This document shows positions 35,425 to 45,819 of a stretch of DNA of 64,000 nucleotides, in pieces. Position numbers and translations under genes: made by a program. Source of the DNA: a virus (taxonomy: Duplodnaviria; Caudoviricetes); IMG/VR virus record IMGVR_UViG_643692013_000008, positions 43,573-107,572 of that record. One strand, written 5' to 3'. The notes beneath the pieces are model-generated. The model did not search any database. It worked only from the letters and a program-made list of their open reading frames with translations, and had not been told where the DNA came from. How positions within the stretch are numbered: position 1 is the first letter of the stretch; each line of letters begins with the position of its first letter.

Positions 35425-35756
35425 GCACCGACGGCGTGATGGTCGACACCTGCAGCGTCTACGGCTGCCCGCTGCTTGGCTCGTTCGGCGAGTCGGGCAA
35501 GTGGGTGTGCGCGTGCCACTTCCGCGCCGCCGCAGCGCGTCACAACGCCATCACCGCCGTCTTGAACCAGCACTCCGGCCTCGCCGAGCGCGCAGTCTTC
35601 CTGTGCCGTTCCTTCGCGCCGGCAGCCGACATCCTGAGCGCCGAAGCCGAACTGATCGAGCTGACCCGCGAAACCGGCACGCAGACGCAGATCCCCACTG
35701 CGGGCGTCACTGGACCAAGGTCGGCTGCGCCCTACTTCGCCGAGGTGGACGAGTGA
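35421..35756 (+). CDS. Hypothetical Zn-binding protein
   Basis: CSVYGC...WVCACH. Confidence 0.65.
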   Translation: MSTDGVMVDTCSVYGCPLLGSFGESGKWVCACHFRAAAARHNAITAVLNQHSGLAERAVFLCRSFAPAADILSAEAELIELTRETGTQTQIPTAGVTGPRSAAPYFAEVDE

Positions 35757-35998
35757 GCCCGCGCGCTTACCCGGCCGCTCTCACGCCGGCCCTGGGCCGC
35801 GTGCTCGGGATGATGGTCTGGGAAACCGGGCCAATCGCCCACGCGCTGCGCGCCGCAGGCTTCGACATCGCACCGACGGCGGCCGCTGAGCACGCCGCGG
35901 TGCTGCACTGGCTGACCGGATTCGCGCTCGACCACGGCGCGGACTGGGAGCGGCACGCTGCCGCCGAGCTGTACCGACTCACGCAACAACGGGGATGA
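35753..35998 (+). CDS. Hypothetical protein
   Basis: GTGA coupling. Confidence 0.65.
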   Translation: MSPRAYPAALTPALGRVLGMMVWETGPIAHALRAAGFDIAPTAAAEHAAVLHWLTGFALDHGADWERHAAAELYRLTQQRG

Positions 35999-36375
35999 CC
36001 ATCATGGGACGCGGACGACCACGCATGCACTCCGACATGCTCCTCAGCACTGACAACGTGTTCGCTCGGATGCTGCCGGGCAAGACCTACCGGGCGGACG
36101 TGATTGCCGCGAAGTTCAAGGTTCAGACCGCAGAGATCCGGCCGTTCCTCGATCACCTCGTGGGCGCCGGCCGCATCGAGTACTCGCATGCGAAGCCGAA
36201 GGTGCTCGGTTTTCGCCGGCCGGGCGAGGCACCGAAGCCCGTCGAGCCTGCACCGGTTTACGAAACCTCGATCGCCGGCCCGGCCATCCCGCCCGACCTC
36301 ACGTCGACGCTGACCGGCTACGAAGCCGCGCTGCGCCGCCAATTCGAACTCTCCAAGCTCTCGAGGACGCGATGA
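35995..36375 (+). CDS. wHTH-like hypothetical protein
   Basis: Coupled; IAAKF..LDHLVGAGRI. Confidence 0.65.
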   Translation: MTIMGRGRPRMHSDMLLSTDNVFARMLPGKTYRADVIAAKFKVQTAEIRPFLDHLVGAGRIEYSHAKPKVLGFRRPGEAPKPVEPAPVYETSIAGPAIPPDLTSTLTGYEAALRRQFELSKLSRTR

Positions 36376-36818
36376 TCACCGTCACCCTTCCCTATCCGAT
36401 CTCGGCGAACCGCTACTGGCGCCCAGTGAAACTCGGTCCGCGCATCTCGATCGTGCCTACCAAGGAAGCGAAAGCGTACAAAGCCGACGTCGGCCAGATC
36501 CTGCGCGCCGCCGGCGTGAAGCCGATAAGCGGACGAGTGCGCGTCCACATCGACCTCTACCCTCAGCGTCCTCAGGACTGGCAAAAGCGCCAGCGCCTTC
36601 ACGGCGCGCAGTGGGACAACACCGTGCGCTGCCTCGACATCGACAACGCGCGGAAAGTCGTCTACGACGCGCTGAACGACGTGGCATTCGACGACGACGG
36701 CTGGATCTGGTCGGATAGCGCCACGCGGCGAGAGCCCGACGGCGAGGCCCGCGTCGTGGTGACGATCACGCCGATCGCCGTCGCGCAGCCGCAGGTCGGC
36801 CTGTTCGCGGAGGTGTGA
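36372..36818 (+). CDS. rusA: RusA Holliday junction resolvase
   Basis: LPYPISANRYWR; DIDNARKVVYDAL; DD. Confidence 0.9.
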   Translation: MITVTLPYPISANRYWRPVKLGPRISIVPTKEAKAYKADVGQILRAAGVKPISGRVRVHIDLYPQRPQDWQKRQRLHGAQWDNTVRCLDIDNARKVVYDALNDVAFDDDGWIWSDSATRREPDGEARVVVTITPIAVAQPQVGLFAEV

Positions 36819-36820
36819 CG

Positions 36821-37069
36821 ATGGACAACGAAGATCTTCCGGTTCGAATCATCGGCCCGGCGCGCAAGTTCGATATCGAGGTCGCAACCGCGGATCCTTT
36901 CGCCGCGCTGCGCATGCTCGGCGCCCGGCCTAGATTCGATGGCGTTGACATCGACGCCGTGCACGCAAGGTTGGCCCGACTCCGCCGGGCGCGGAGACGT
37001 GAGGCGTGCGGCGCGGTTGAGATGATCTGCTGCTGCGATGAAACTGAGGAACTCGGAGGCGACGAATGA
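36821..37069 (+). CDS. Hypothetical protein
   Basis: GGAGG RBS. Confidence 0.55.
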   Translation: MDNEDLPVRIIGPARKFDIEVATADPFAALRMLGARPRFDGVDIDAVHARLARLRRARRREACGAVEMICCCDETEELGGDE

Positions 37070-37245
37070 CCGACAGCTACACCATCAACGTTCACTGCCG
37101 CACGGCTTGGTGGCTGCGCCCGGTCATCGTTGCGCTCAAGGCATGGGTGTTTATCACCGGTTGCGAGCCCAGCAACGAGTCGATCGAGCGCATCGCGCGC
37201 CGAGCTGTCCGAACCTCGATCGTCACCAAGCGGAGTGGGCAATGA
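37066..37245 (+). CDS. Hypothetical protein (59 aa, not in track)
   Basis: ATGA-coupled at both ends. Confidence 0.55.
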   Translation: MTDSYTINVHCRTAWWLRPVIVALKAWVFITGCEPSNESIERIARRAVRTSIVTKRSGQ

Positions 37246-37499
37246 CCGATGATCCGCGCCTCTCCACGTTCCAGCTTTCCTGCTCGCTGCCGTCCGACCC
37301 GCAGTTCCGCGAGTGGGCCGGCCTGCAGTCAAGCAGTGAGCCGCTGACCGTCAAGCAGGCTGGCGATTTCGTCAAGGCGGTGTGCGGGATTGTCAGCCGC
37401 AACGACCTGAAAACGAACGTAGGCGCCGAGCAGCGTTTCCACCAGCACCTGCGCCGGCCTTTCGTGGCTTGGCGCCGGCAGCATGAGGTGAACTCATGA
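37242..37499 (+). CDS. Hypothetical protein
   Basis: DPQFREW...CGIVSRNDL family. Confidence 0.7.
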   Translation: MTDDPRLSTFQLSCSLPSDPQFREWAGLQSSSEPLTVKQAGDFVKAVCGIVSRNDLKTNVGAEQRFHQHLRRPFVAWRRQHEVNS

Positions 37500-37822
37500 A
37501 GCCCACGACCATCAATCGGAAACCGGCCGGCGAAACGGCGAGCGAAATCCTCAACCTTCTCGAGTTCGCTCCCCTATCACAGGCCGAACTCGCTGAGATC
37601 CTTGGTTTCAGCTGCCCCACGGTCAATTACCACGTCAAGCGCCTGCTTGACGAACAGCGCATCCGAATCTTCGAGCGCGTTCGTCTTGGAAAGGCGCCTC
37701 ATCCGACGACCCGTTACGTGGCGGCCCGCCGCCAGACGGCCGTCCAGGAAAACCCATTTCTCACTGCGGCCGGACTCGTTGCCGCGCCGAGCGGCCACGG
37801 CCGCGCCAACCAGCATCACTGA
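37496..37822 (+). CDS. Winged-HTH regulator (candidate late regulator)
   Basis: LSQAELAEILGFSCPTVNYHVKRL; just upstream of terS. Confidence 0.7.
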   Translation: MKPTTINRKPAGETASEILNLLEFAPLSQAELAEILGFSCPTVNYHVKRLLDEQRIRIFERVRLGKAPHPTTRYVAARRQTAVQENPFLTAAGLVAAPSGHGRANQHH

Positions 37823-37852
37823 TCAACCGAAGATTACGGAGAATTTACGGTC

Positions 37853-38296
37853 ATGGGAAAGGAAGCCACACAGTTCTCGAGCGAGCGCCAACCCCGCAAG
37901 CGCACGCCCCGCAGCAAGTCGCAGCGCACGATGCTGCTCGACGCCCTCAAGGCCGAGACTGGCCTCAACGAGAAGGGCTACTACCGGAAGATGGTCAAGC
38001 TCGCGATGGGCGACGACACCACTCGCGGCGATATCGTCCTCGCGAAAGAGGTGTTCATGCGCATCGCGCCGCCGGCGAAGCCCGTCGCGCCCATGGTCGA
38101 GTTCGCGTTCCCGGAGAAGGGAACGCCGGTCGAGCAGGTCAACGCGATCGTGGCCGGCGTAGCCGCAGGCAAGGTGTCTCCTGATGTTGGCCAGCAGCTC
38201 GTCAACATGATCCGGGCCAAGCTCGACGTGCTCGAAATCAGCGAGCTCGCCGACCGCCTGGCCGCGATCGAGAAACAGCTCGCCGAGGGGCAATGA
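37853..38296 (+). CDS. terS: Terminase small subunit
   Basis: Position and size; coupled to terL. Confidence 0.7.
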   Translation: MGKEATQFSSERQPRKRTPRSKSQRTMLLDALKAETGLNEKGYYRKMVKLAMGDDTTRGDIVLAKEVFMRIAPPAKPVAPMVEFAFPEKGTPVEQVNAIVAGVAAGKVSPDVGQQLVNMIRAKLDVLEISELADRLAAIEKQLAEGQ

Positions 38297-39762
38297 GCCG
38301 ACGCCGGATCTCGCGCGGCGCCATTGATCGCGTCGAGCGCTACTTCAAGGGCATCGCCACGAAGGCCGAGCCGGCCGTGTTCGGCATTTGCAACATGCAG
38401 CGCGAGGTCATCAAGCGCGTCGACGTGGCCGGCCGCGAGACGGATGCAGAGCCGACGGTGCTGATCCCGCAGAAGCTCGAGAGGCTGATCTACCCGAAGC
38501 GCCTCAAGATCGTCTGGGGCGGCCGCGGCTCTGCGAAGACGCGCACTATCGTCTCGATCCTGACCGCCCAAGCGTCGACGCAGCGCGAGCGCATCCTTTG
38601 TCTGCGCGAGGTGCAGAATTCGATCGAGGAGTCGAGCCACGCCGAGCTCGCCGAGGAGATCGAGCGGCGCGACCTGGGCGGCTCATTCGTCGTCGGCCGC
38701 AAGGTCATCCGCGTGCCGGCCACCCGCAGCAGCTTTTCCTTTCGCGGCCTCTACCGCAACGTCACCGGTGTGAAAGGCTTTGCGAAAGCAACGAAGGCAT
38801 GGGTGGACGAGGCCGAGAACGTGTCTCGCGAATCCTGGGACGTGCTGCTGCCGACCATCCGCGAGCCGGGCTCCGAGATCATCGTCTCGTTCAACCCGAA
38901 CCGCGAGAACGACCCGACCTGGGCTGATCTCGTTGGCCCCTACGTCGATCGCCTCGACGAGGACGGCTGCTACGAGGACGCCGACACTCTCATCATCCGC
39001 GCCAACTACACCGACAACCCCTGGTTCACGGAGGAGCTGGAACTGGAGCGCGCCAAGATGGAGCGCACCGACCTCGACCGCTACCGGTGGATCTGGCTGG
39101 GTAAGTTCAACCGCCGCTCCGACGAGCTCATCTTCGCCGGGAAGTGGCGCGTCGAGGACATTGAGGCCCCGCCGAACACGCGGTTCTTCTTCGGTGCCGA
39201 CTGGGGGTTCGCCGTCGACCCGACCACGCTCAATCGCTGCTGGGTGCGCGGCAACGACCTGATCATCGACTACGAGGCCCACGGCAAGCAGGTCGACCTT
39301 GACGAGATCTGGAAGCTGTTTGCTGGCCGAGAAGGAATGCGGCCCGAGCAGATCAAGCAGTGGAAGCCCGTTGACGAGTTCAAGTACCCCGGCATCCCTG
39401 GCGCCCGGAAGTGGAAGATCAAAGCCGACTGCGCGCGGCCCGAGACGATCTCCCACGTCGCCAAGCAGGGCTTCAACATCGACGCGGCGAAGAAATGGGG
39501 CGGCTCCGTAGAAGATGGAATCGCATTTTTACGTGGTTTTGACGCGATTATCATCCATTCACGGTGCGTTAAAACAAAAGAGGAATTCGAGAATTATTCG
39601 TACAAAGTCGACAAAGCCACCGGAGACGTGTTGCCTATAATCGTCGACAAGTGGAATCACCATATCGACGGCATCCGTTACTCGATGGACGGCTATATCA
39701 GGGGCCGCGGAACGGGCCTGAACATCTCGCCGGATGCACTGCGCGCATTGATGACCGCTTAA
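38293..39762 (+). CDS. terL: Terminase large subunit, PBSX-type
   Basis: GGRGSAKT, WVDEAE, SFNP, DWGF, NHHIDGIRY. Confidence 0.95.
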   Translation: MSRRRISRGAIDRVERYFKGIATKAEPAVFGICNMQREVIKRVDVAGRETDAEPTVLIPQKLERLIYPKRLKIVWGGRGSAKTRTIVSILTAQASTQRERILCLREVQNSIEESSHAELAEEIERRDLGGSFVVGRKVIRVPATRSSFSFRGLYRNVTGVKGFAKATKAWVDEAENVSRESWDVLLPTIREPGSEIIVSFNPNRENDPTWADLVGPYVDRLDEDGCYEDADTLIIRANYTDNPWFTEELELERAKMERTDLDRYRWIWLGKFNRRSDELIFAGKWRVEDIEAPPNTRFFFGADWGFAVDPTTLNRCWVRGNDLIIDYEAHGKQVDLDEIWKLFAGREGMRPEQIKQWKPVDEFKYPGIPGARKWKIKADCARPETISHVAKQGFNIDAAKKWGGSVEDGIAFLRGFDAIIIHSRCVKTKEEFENYSYKVDKATGDVLPIIVDKWNHHIDGIRYSMDGYIRGRGTGLNISPDALRALMTA

Positions 39763-39808
39763 ATCCGATTATTCACGGCTTAAAGGCCAATTTCCCGGAG
39801 TTTCAGAA

Positions 39809-40264
39809 ATGACACGGTCCATTCTGCGCGTTCTGCTCGGCGCCGCGTTCGCGCCGCTTGCCATCACCGAAGATGCACCGAGCGCCGCCGGCGCGCCCAC
39901 CGACGACGCGGCGGCCGGTGCCGCGAGTGCATCGGGGGAAGCGAACGGCAGTGCATCCGATGCGGACGGCGCCCCCGCAAGCGGTACGGATTCGCCTGCC
40001 GAGGATGCGCCGCGTACTTCCGCGGCGGCCGGCGCAGGTAGCGCGGCGGCGGACCAGTTGCCCGCCGTGTCGTTCGACGTGGAGGATCACGCCGAGGCGC
40101 GCGAGCGCTTCGCCGGAGCGCTCGCCGCGCTGCACGGTATCGAGGGCGACGCGGCCGCCGCGCTGCGCGCCGAGATCGACGCGATCGGCACGCTGCTGCA
40201 CCTGCACTCGTTTGCTTCCTCGCAGGCCGGCGCTACGGGCTCGTACAGCCCGGCCGATCTCTGA
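39809..40264 (+). CDS. Ala/Asp-rich hypothetical protein
   Basis: GGAG RBS. Confidence 0.65.
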   Translation: MTRSILRVLLGAAFAPLAITEDAPSAAGAPTDDAAAGAASASGEANGSASDADGAPASGTDSPAEDAPRTSAAAGAGSAAADQLPAVSFDVEDHAEARERFAGALAALHGIEGDAAAALRAEIDAIGTLLHLHSFASSQAGATGSYSPADL

Positions 40265-40266
40265 CA

Positions 40267-40452
40267 ATGGTCACCCTAGTTCCTATGCCGCCGCGGCTTT
40301 TCAGCGATGCCAAGGCAGCAGAACTCGCCGGCACGGATGTTTCGTACACCCCTGACCAAGTGCGAATGATCGCTGAAATCTGGCATCAAGATCGCGAGAA
40401 GATCCAATACCTCGAAGGCTTGATCATCCGGATGGGCCGCCATGCTGAGTAA
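40267..40452 (+). CDS. Hypothetical protein
   Basis: Fills the gap and overlaps the portal start. Confidence 0.5.
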   Translation: MVTLVPMPPRLFSDAKAAELAGTDVSYTPDQVRMIAEIWHQDREKIQYLEGLIIRMGRHAE

Positions 40453-42064
40453 AATCCGCTCCCTCATCGGCGGCATGCCGCTTGCCCCGAACTCACCGGC
40501 CGTTGCGACGGATTCCGCGCCGCGCGCTGAGCCGCACTGGCCTGTGCTCGAAGGGCCGCGCCGCGGCCTGGAGATTTCGCCGGAGCTGATTGAGCAACTC
40601 AACAAGGCGGACCGCGCGCGCGGCGCGCAGATCGAATGGGCCGACAGGTTCAAGCCGCCCGCAGTCATGCCCGGCACGTTCTCCAAGGGCGAAGGCGCGC
40701 CGGTCGTCGCGATGGATTCGGTCTGCGACAACCTGGCCGGCACGCTCGGAACCTGTTCCGGGTTCAACCAGATTGCTGGCGTCGACTTCATCGGCTACGC
40801 GGCGCTGTCGCTGCTCTCCCAGCACCCCCTGATTCGCGCGATGGTCGAGACGCTCGCCGACGAGATGACGCGGAAGTGGATCGAGTTCGGCGGCCAGGGC
40901 AGCGAGGAGTCGGATGGCGAGCGCGTTAAAGCTCTGCAGGCGGCCACCGAGCGCTTTCACCTGAAGGCGCACTTCAACGCGGCCATGAAGAAGACCGGCT
41001 ACTTCGGCGGCTGCATGCTGTTCATGGACTTCGGCGACGACACGAACACGGAAGCTGGCCGGCGCGAGGTCGAGACGCCGATCACGCTCGACAGCGCGAA
41101 GATCACGAAGAACTCGTTCAAGGGCTTCCGCCTCATCGAGCCGATCAACTGCTACCCGGCGCCGTACAACGCCAACAACCCGCTCGCGCCCGGCTACTAC
41201 CGGCCCGATGCGTGGCTGGTGCAGGGGCGCAAGGTACACGCCTCGCGCATGCTCCACTTCGTCCAGAACGATCCGCCGGTGCTGCTTCGTCCGGCCTACA
41301 ACTTCTTCGGCATCCCACTCGCACAGCAGGCGCTCGATTATGTCGACCGGTTCGACACTGTGCGCATCGCTGTCGCGAAGCTCGTGAAGCGATTCAGCAC
41401 GTCGATCCTGAAGACGGACATGAGCCAGATTCTTCAGGGCGGTGGTTACAACGATGCGTCGTCTCTGCAGGGGCGGGCACTTCTCTGGTCGCTGGCCGGA
41501 TCAAACGAAGGCCTGCTCATGCTCGACAAGGAAGCCGAGGATTTCGCCCAGCAGAACACGCCTCTGTCCGGCCTGGCCGAGATTGTCTCGCAGCAGCTCG
41601 AGCTGCTCGCCGCGATCAGCCGCACGCCTGCCGTCAAGCTCCTCGGCATCGCGCCAAGCGGCTTCAACTCGACCGGCGAGTACGACGAGGCGAACTGGTA
41701 CGACCATGTCGCCAGCCAGCAGTCGATCGTGTTCGGCGACAACCTCGACCGAGCGATCAAGGTGATCCAGCTCAGCGAGACTGGCGCGATCGATGAGGAT
41801 CTGACGCACCGCTTCGTTCCGCTGCACGAGCAGTCGGAGGTTGAGAAGTCGGCCATCCGCAAGCAGAACGCCGACGCGTTCGCGATCTACTACGACCGCG
41901 GCGTGCTGTCGAACGAGGAGGAGCGCACGCGCCTGGCGGCCGACCCCGATAGCGGCTACGACTCGATCGACGTCGACGATCTGCCCGAACCGCCAGGCGG
42001 CGCCGGTGGCGAAGGTGAGGAAAGCGAAGACGTCGACACGGACAGCGCCGGCAAGGTGTCCTGA
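40442..42064 (+). CDS. Portal protein, DUF1073 type
   Basis: FIGY..LS.LSQ; ADEMTRKW; KLLGIAPSGFNSTGE. Confidence 0.88.
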   Translation: MLSKIRSLIGGMPLAPNSPAVATDSAPRAEPHWPVLEGPRRGLEISPELIEQLNKADRARGAQIEWADRFKPPAVMPGTFSKGEGAPVVAMDSVCDNLAGTLGTCSGFNQIAGVDFIGYAALSLLSQHPLIRAMVETLADEMTRKWIEFGGQGSEESDGERVKALQAATERFHLKAHFNAAMKKTGYFGGCMLFMDFGDDTNTEAGRREVETPITLDSAKITKNSFKGFRLIEPINCYPAPYNANNPLAPGYYRPDAWLVQGRKVHASRMLHFVQNDPPVLLRPAYNFFGIPLAQQALDYVDRFDTVRIAVAKLVKRFSTSILKTDMSQILQGGGYNDASSLQGRALLWSLAGSNEGLLMLDKEAEDFAQQNTPLSGLAEIVSQQLELLAAISRTPAVKLLGIAPSGFNSTGEYDEANWYDHVASQQSIVFGDNLDRAIKVIQLSETGAIDEDLTHRFVPLHEQSEVEKSAIRKQNADAFAIYYDRGVLSNEEERTRLAADPDSGYDSIDVDDLPEPPGGAGGEGEESEDVDTDSAGKVS

Positions 42065-42873
42065 TGCCGGCCCGCGCGCCGAAAGCCAAGGGCGAGATGC
42101 GCCCCACCCGGCCGAGCGCGGCGGTGCGCATCGCCTATCAGCGGTCGCTCGACAATCTGATTGCCGAGATGCACGCCTCGACGCTCTACTGGCTGCGGGC
42201 TACCTACCGCGCCAACGAGGCCGAAATCGCAATGGATGCGTCGCCCACCTCGGCCCTGGCCGCTCAGCTCGCGCGCCGGGCCGCGCAGTGGCGTAAGCGC
42301 TTTGCCGAGGAGGCGTCAACACTCGCCCGCCAGTTCATCGCGAAGGTCGATCGGCACGCCACCCAGGCGACGCGGCAGACGGCCGTCGCCATGACCGGCC
42401 TGTCTGTTTCCGTGAAGGACACGCTGACCTCGAAGACTGTCATGCAGGCGTCGATCCAGCAGAACGTCTCCCTGATCAGGTCGATCCAGTCCGAATATGC
42501 GACAGAGGTCGAGGGCCTGGTGATGCGCAGCGTCACGGCGGGCCGCGACCTGGGCGCGCTCACCGACGAGCTTGAGAAGCGCTACGCGATCACGCGGCGC
42601 CGAGCGGCGTTCATCGCCACCGACCAGAACAACAAGGCGACCGCTCAGATGGCGCGCGTCCGGCAACTCGATCTTGGCATCACGAAGGCGCGCTGGCTGC
42701 ACGTGGGTGGAGGCAAAAAACCGCGCCACTCGCACGTCCAGGCCAACGGCAAGGTTTTCGACTTGAAACGGGGGCTTATGATCGACGGCGAATACATTTT
42801 CCCCGGCGAGTTGCCGAAGTGCGGATGCGTGGGTGCTCCGATTATTCCGGGTGTGGATGATGAAGACGAGTAA
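42064..42873 (+). CDS. Minor head protein (Mu F/SPP1 gp7 family)
   Basis: RAAFIATDQ..K; RHSH; PGE...C.C. Confidence 0.85.
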   Translation: MPARAPKAKGEMRPTRPSAAVRIAYQRSLDNLIAEMHASTLYWLRATYRANEAEIAMDASPTSALAAQLARRAAQWRKRFAEEASTLARQFIAKVDRHATQATRQTAVAMTGLSVSVKDTLTSKTVMQASIQQNVSLIRSIQSEYATEVEGLVMRSVTAGRDLGALTDELEKRYAITRRRAAFIATDQNNKATAQMARVRQLDLGITKARWLHVGGGKKPRHSHVQANGKVFDLKRGLMIDGEYIFPGELPKCGCVGAPIIPGVDDEDE

Positions 42874-44098
42874 AGACGAAATTCTGGTCGCTTTTGACAA
42901 GGCGACGGTGCGATCTTTCGATAAAGACGGTCGCATGCGTGTGTCGATCAGCCGGATCTCAAAAGCTGGCGTGAACCCGTATTGGGGAAAGGAGATCGTC
43001 GGTGGCGAGGAGCTCGGCCTCGACCCGGAGCGCGTCTACTACGTGTTCCGGCCGCCAGAGGAGCTGGAGAAGGCCGCGCCGACGTTCAACAATCTGCCCA
43101 TCCTTGCCGAGCACAAGTTCGTCAGTGCGGATTCGCCAGAAAAAGACCTAATTATCGGAACAACTGGTTCAAATGCGCGATTTGACGGTGAATATCTCAC
43201 GAACGATTTAGCGTTCTGGGACGGCGAATACATCGGAAAAATCGAGTCCGACGAGCAACGCGAACTGTCCAGTTCCTACCGATATACCGCTATTAAAAAA
43301 AGTGGAACCTATAATGGCGCGCATTACGACATCGTGATGACGGACATTATCGGGAATCACGTTGCCACCGTTGTCGAGGGGCGCGCCGGCCCTAATGTGC
43401 TGGTCGCGGATTCCCGATTTCAACCTACCGGAAGGGTACGAACCGTGAAGCTGAATCCGAAACAGATGGCGGCCCTCAAGGCCCGGCTGCCGAAGCTGAA
43501 GGTCGCGATGGACGAAGGGCTTGACACCGACGGCGTCGTCCAGGCGCTCGAGCAAGTCGTCGAGGAAGTGCAGGAACTGGCCGAGCCGAGCGCCGCCGCA
43601 GCAGCCCAGGACGAAGAAGGCTCGTTGCTCGCGAAGCTCAAGGCGCTGATCGACGAGGCCGGCGCCAGCAAGGCGGCGGCTGACGAGAAAGACGACGACG
43701 CGAAGAAGGCAGCGGCCGACGAGGTAGCCGCGCGCGCCGCCGAGGCGAAGAAGGCCGAGGATGCCAAGAACGCCGCCGCGATGGACGCGAAGATCAAGGC
43801 CGCCGCCGACGGCGCGCGCCAGTCGATCGAAAGCCGCTTCCGCGCGGCGGATAAGGTCGCGCCGATCACCGGCCGCGTCGACGCGATGGCGTTCGACTCG
43901 GCCGAGGCAATCTACGCCCACGCGCTGAAGGTCGGCGGCATGGACCCCGAGAAGCACGACAAGGCGGCCTACGCGGGCATCGTCGATGTGCTGATCACGA
44001 CGAAGTCGCAGCCGTCGCCGCACGTTGCGCATGATGCCGCCGGCAGTGCCAAGTTGCTGGAGATGTTCCCGGCACTCGGCAAGATCAACCACGCGTAA
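42860..44098 (+). CDS. DUF2213 prohead protease/scaffold
   Basis: GVNPY.G; RPPEEL; ELSSSY; NHVATV..GRAG. Confidence 0.88.
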   Translation: MKTSKDEILVAFDKATVRSFDKDGRMRVSISRISKAGVNPYWGKEIVGGEELGLDPERVYYVFRPPEELEKAAPTFNNLPILAEHKFVSADSPEKDLIIGTTGSNARFDGEYLTNDLAFWDGEYIGKIESDEQRELSSSYRYTAIKKSGTYNGAHYDIVMTDIIGNHVATVVEGRAGPNVLVADSRFQPTGRVRTVKLNPKQMAALKARLPKLKVAMDEGLDTDGVVQALEQVVEEVQELAEPSAAAAAQDEEGSLLAKLKALIDEAGASKAAADEKDDDAKKAAADEVAARAAEAKKAEDAKNAAAMDAKIKAAADGARQSIESRFRAADKVAPITGRVDAMAFDSAEAIYAHALKVGGMDPEKHDKAAYAGIVDVLITTKSQPSPHVAHDAAGSAKLLEMFPALGKINHA

Positions 44099-44112
44099 AG
44101 GAGCGCGACACC

Positions 44113-44805
44113 ATGGGCTTCCCCAACGCAGTACGTCTTCAGCCCGAGGTCGGCGTGCCGGGCACGCGTGCCTCGATGAATCCGATCTCGGTCATCTCGC
44201 GCGTCGCGCAGACGCCCGTTACCGTGGGCCGCTTCGTCTGGCCCGGTACCGACACCGACGGTCAGGTGCAGAACACCGGCGCCGGCAAGGTGCTTGGCTT
44301 CGCGATCACCGACCAGGTTGGCGTCATCCCGAACTACCTGCAGGAATACAGCATGGTCGTGCCCGCAGGCATGGCCGTGCAGGTGGCCGAACAGGGTGAG
44401 TGGTTCGCCTCGTCGGCCAACGTCGCCACGCTCGGCCAGAAGGTCTACGCGAACTACGGCGACGGCTCGCTGTCGTTCGGCGCGACCGGCTCCGCGTCGA
44501 CTAACGCCGGCATCACCGCGAACACGGCATCCAACACGACGCTGACCGTGACGGCCAATACCGGCGCGCCGATCCAGGTCGGGCAACCGGTCAGCGGGTC
44601 CGGCATCCCGGCCGGCACGTACATCGCGGCCTTCGGAACGGGCACCGGCGGCGCCGGCACCTACACGCTCAGCCAAGCCGCCACGGCGACCGCGACGGGC
44701 GTCACCGTCACTTCGACGACGAACGTCGAAACGCAGTTCGTCGTGACGCGCGGCGGCGCGGCGAATGCGGTGATCAAGATCTCGACCTGGAGCAACCTCG
44801 CATGA
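44113..44805 (+). CDS. Capsid cement/decoration protein
   Basis: Between scaffold and MCP; inserted Thr/Gly-rich beta domain. Confidence 0.7.
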   Translation: MGFPNAVRLQPEVGVPGTRASMNPISVISRVAQTPVTVGRFVWPGTDTDGQVQNTGAGKVLGFAITDQVGVIPNYLQEYSMVVPAGMAVQVAEQGEWFASSANVATLGQKVYANYGDGSLSFGATGSASTNAGITANTASNTTLTVTANTGAPIQVGQPVSGSGIPAGTYIAAFGTGTGGAGTYTLSQAATATATGVTVTSTTNVETQFVVTRGGAANAVIKISTWSNLA

Positions 44806-45818
44806 AGCTCGCCCAACTGACCGATTACGGGATTCACCTCGCGCATGGCGCCGAGCTGCTGACTCCCGAGGTGCGCGCCCGCGTCGTCGCCGCGATGGAC
44901 GCGGCCGGCCCGCTCGTCACGCAGCCGAACAACGGCATCCCGCAGATGCTGACAAACTACTTCGACCCGCGCGTGATCGAGGTGCTGGTCGCGCCGATGA
45001 ACGCCGAGTTGCTCTACCCGGTCGTGCAAAAGGGCGACTGGACGACGACGACGGCCACCTTCATGGCAGTCGAATCGACCGGTGAGACGGCCACCTATGG
45101 CGACTACAGCCAGAACGGCATGTCCGGCCACAACGTCAACTTCCCGCAGCGCCAGAACTACGGGTTCCAGACGAACACGCAGTGGGGCGACAAGCAGATG
45201 GCCGTGGCCGCCAAGGCGCGCCTGGACTACGCCGGCCGCCAGCAGATCGCCTCGGCGCTGATCCTGCGCAAGAAGGAAAACGCCATCTTCCTGTTCGGCG
45301 TGTCGGGCCTGCAGAACTACGGCCTGATGAACGACCCCGCGCTGGCCGCGCCGGTCGCGCCGACCACAGGCGCCACGACCAGCGCGACCACCTGGGCACT
45401 GAAGACGTCGGACGAGATCTACGCCGACTTCGTCGCGCTCTGGACGCTGCTCATCACCGCCGGCAACGGCCTGATCAACACCAAGTCGCGCGTGAAGGTC
45501 GGCATCCCCAACATCGTCGAGCAGTATCTGACGAAGCAGAACACCTACGGCCAGGTGCTGCGCGACCGGCTGAAGCTGGCGTACCCGAACATGGAGATCG
45601 AGACGATCCCCGAGTTCGCCACGCAGAGCGGCAACCTCGTGCAGATGATCGCGCAGGACGTCGAGGGCCAGCCGACGGGCGAACTCGCCTACGCCGAGCG
45701 CATGCGCGCCCATGGCGTCGTGCGTCACGCGTCGTCGTACTCGGAAAAGAAGTCGGGGCACGCGATGGGCGCCGTCATCTACTACCCGAACTTCATCGTC
45801 CAAATGCTGGGGGTCTGA
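44802..45818 (+). CDS. Major capsid protein (DUF2184/linocin-like)
   Basis: NNGIPQML; KGDW; YGD; YGLMNDP. Confidence 0.88.
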   Translation: MKLAQLTDYGIHLAHGAELLTPEVRARVVAAMDAAGPLVTQPNNGIPQMLTNYFDPRVIEVLVAPMNAELLYPVVQKGDWTTTTATFMAVESTGETATYGDYSQNGMSGHNVNFPQRQNYGFQTNTQWGDKQMAVAAKARLDYAGRQQIASALILRKKENAIFLFGVSGLQNYGLMNDPALAAPVAPTTGATTSATTWALKTSDEIYADFVALWTLLITAGNGLINTKSRVKVGIPNIVEQYLTKQNTYGQVLRDRLKLAYPNMEIETIPEFATQSGNLVQMIAQDVEGQPTGELAYAERMRAHGVVRHASSYSEKKSGHAMGAVIYYPNFIVQMLGV

Positions 45819-45819
45819 G

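Noticed and set aside
40442-42064. Anti-CBASS Acb1 label sometimes given to DUF1073 proteins
   Set aside because: No HxT phosphoesterase domain seen; position and length fit a plain portal
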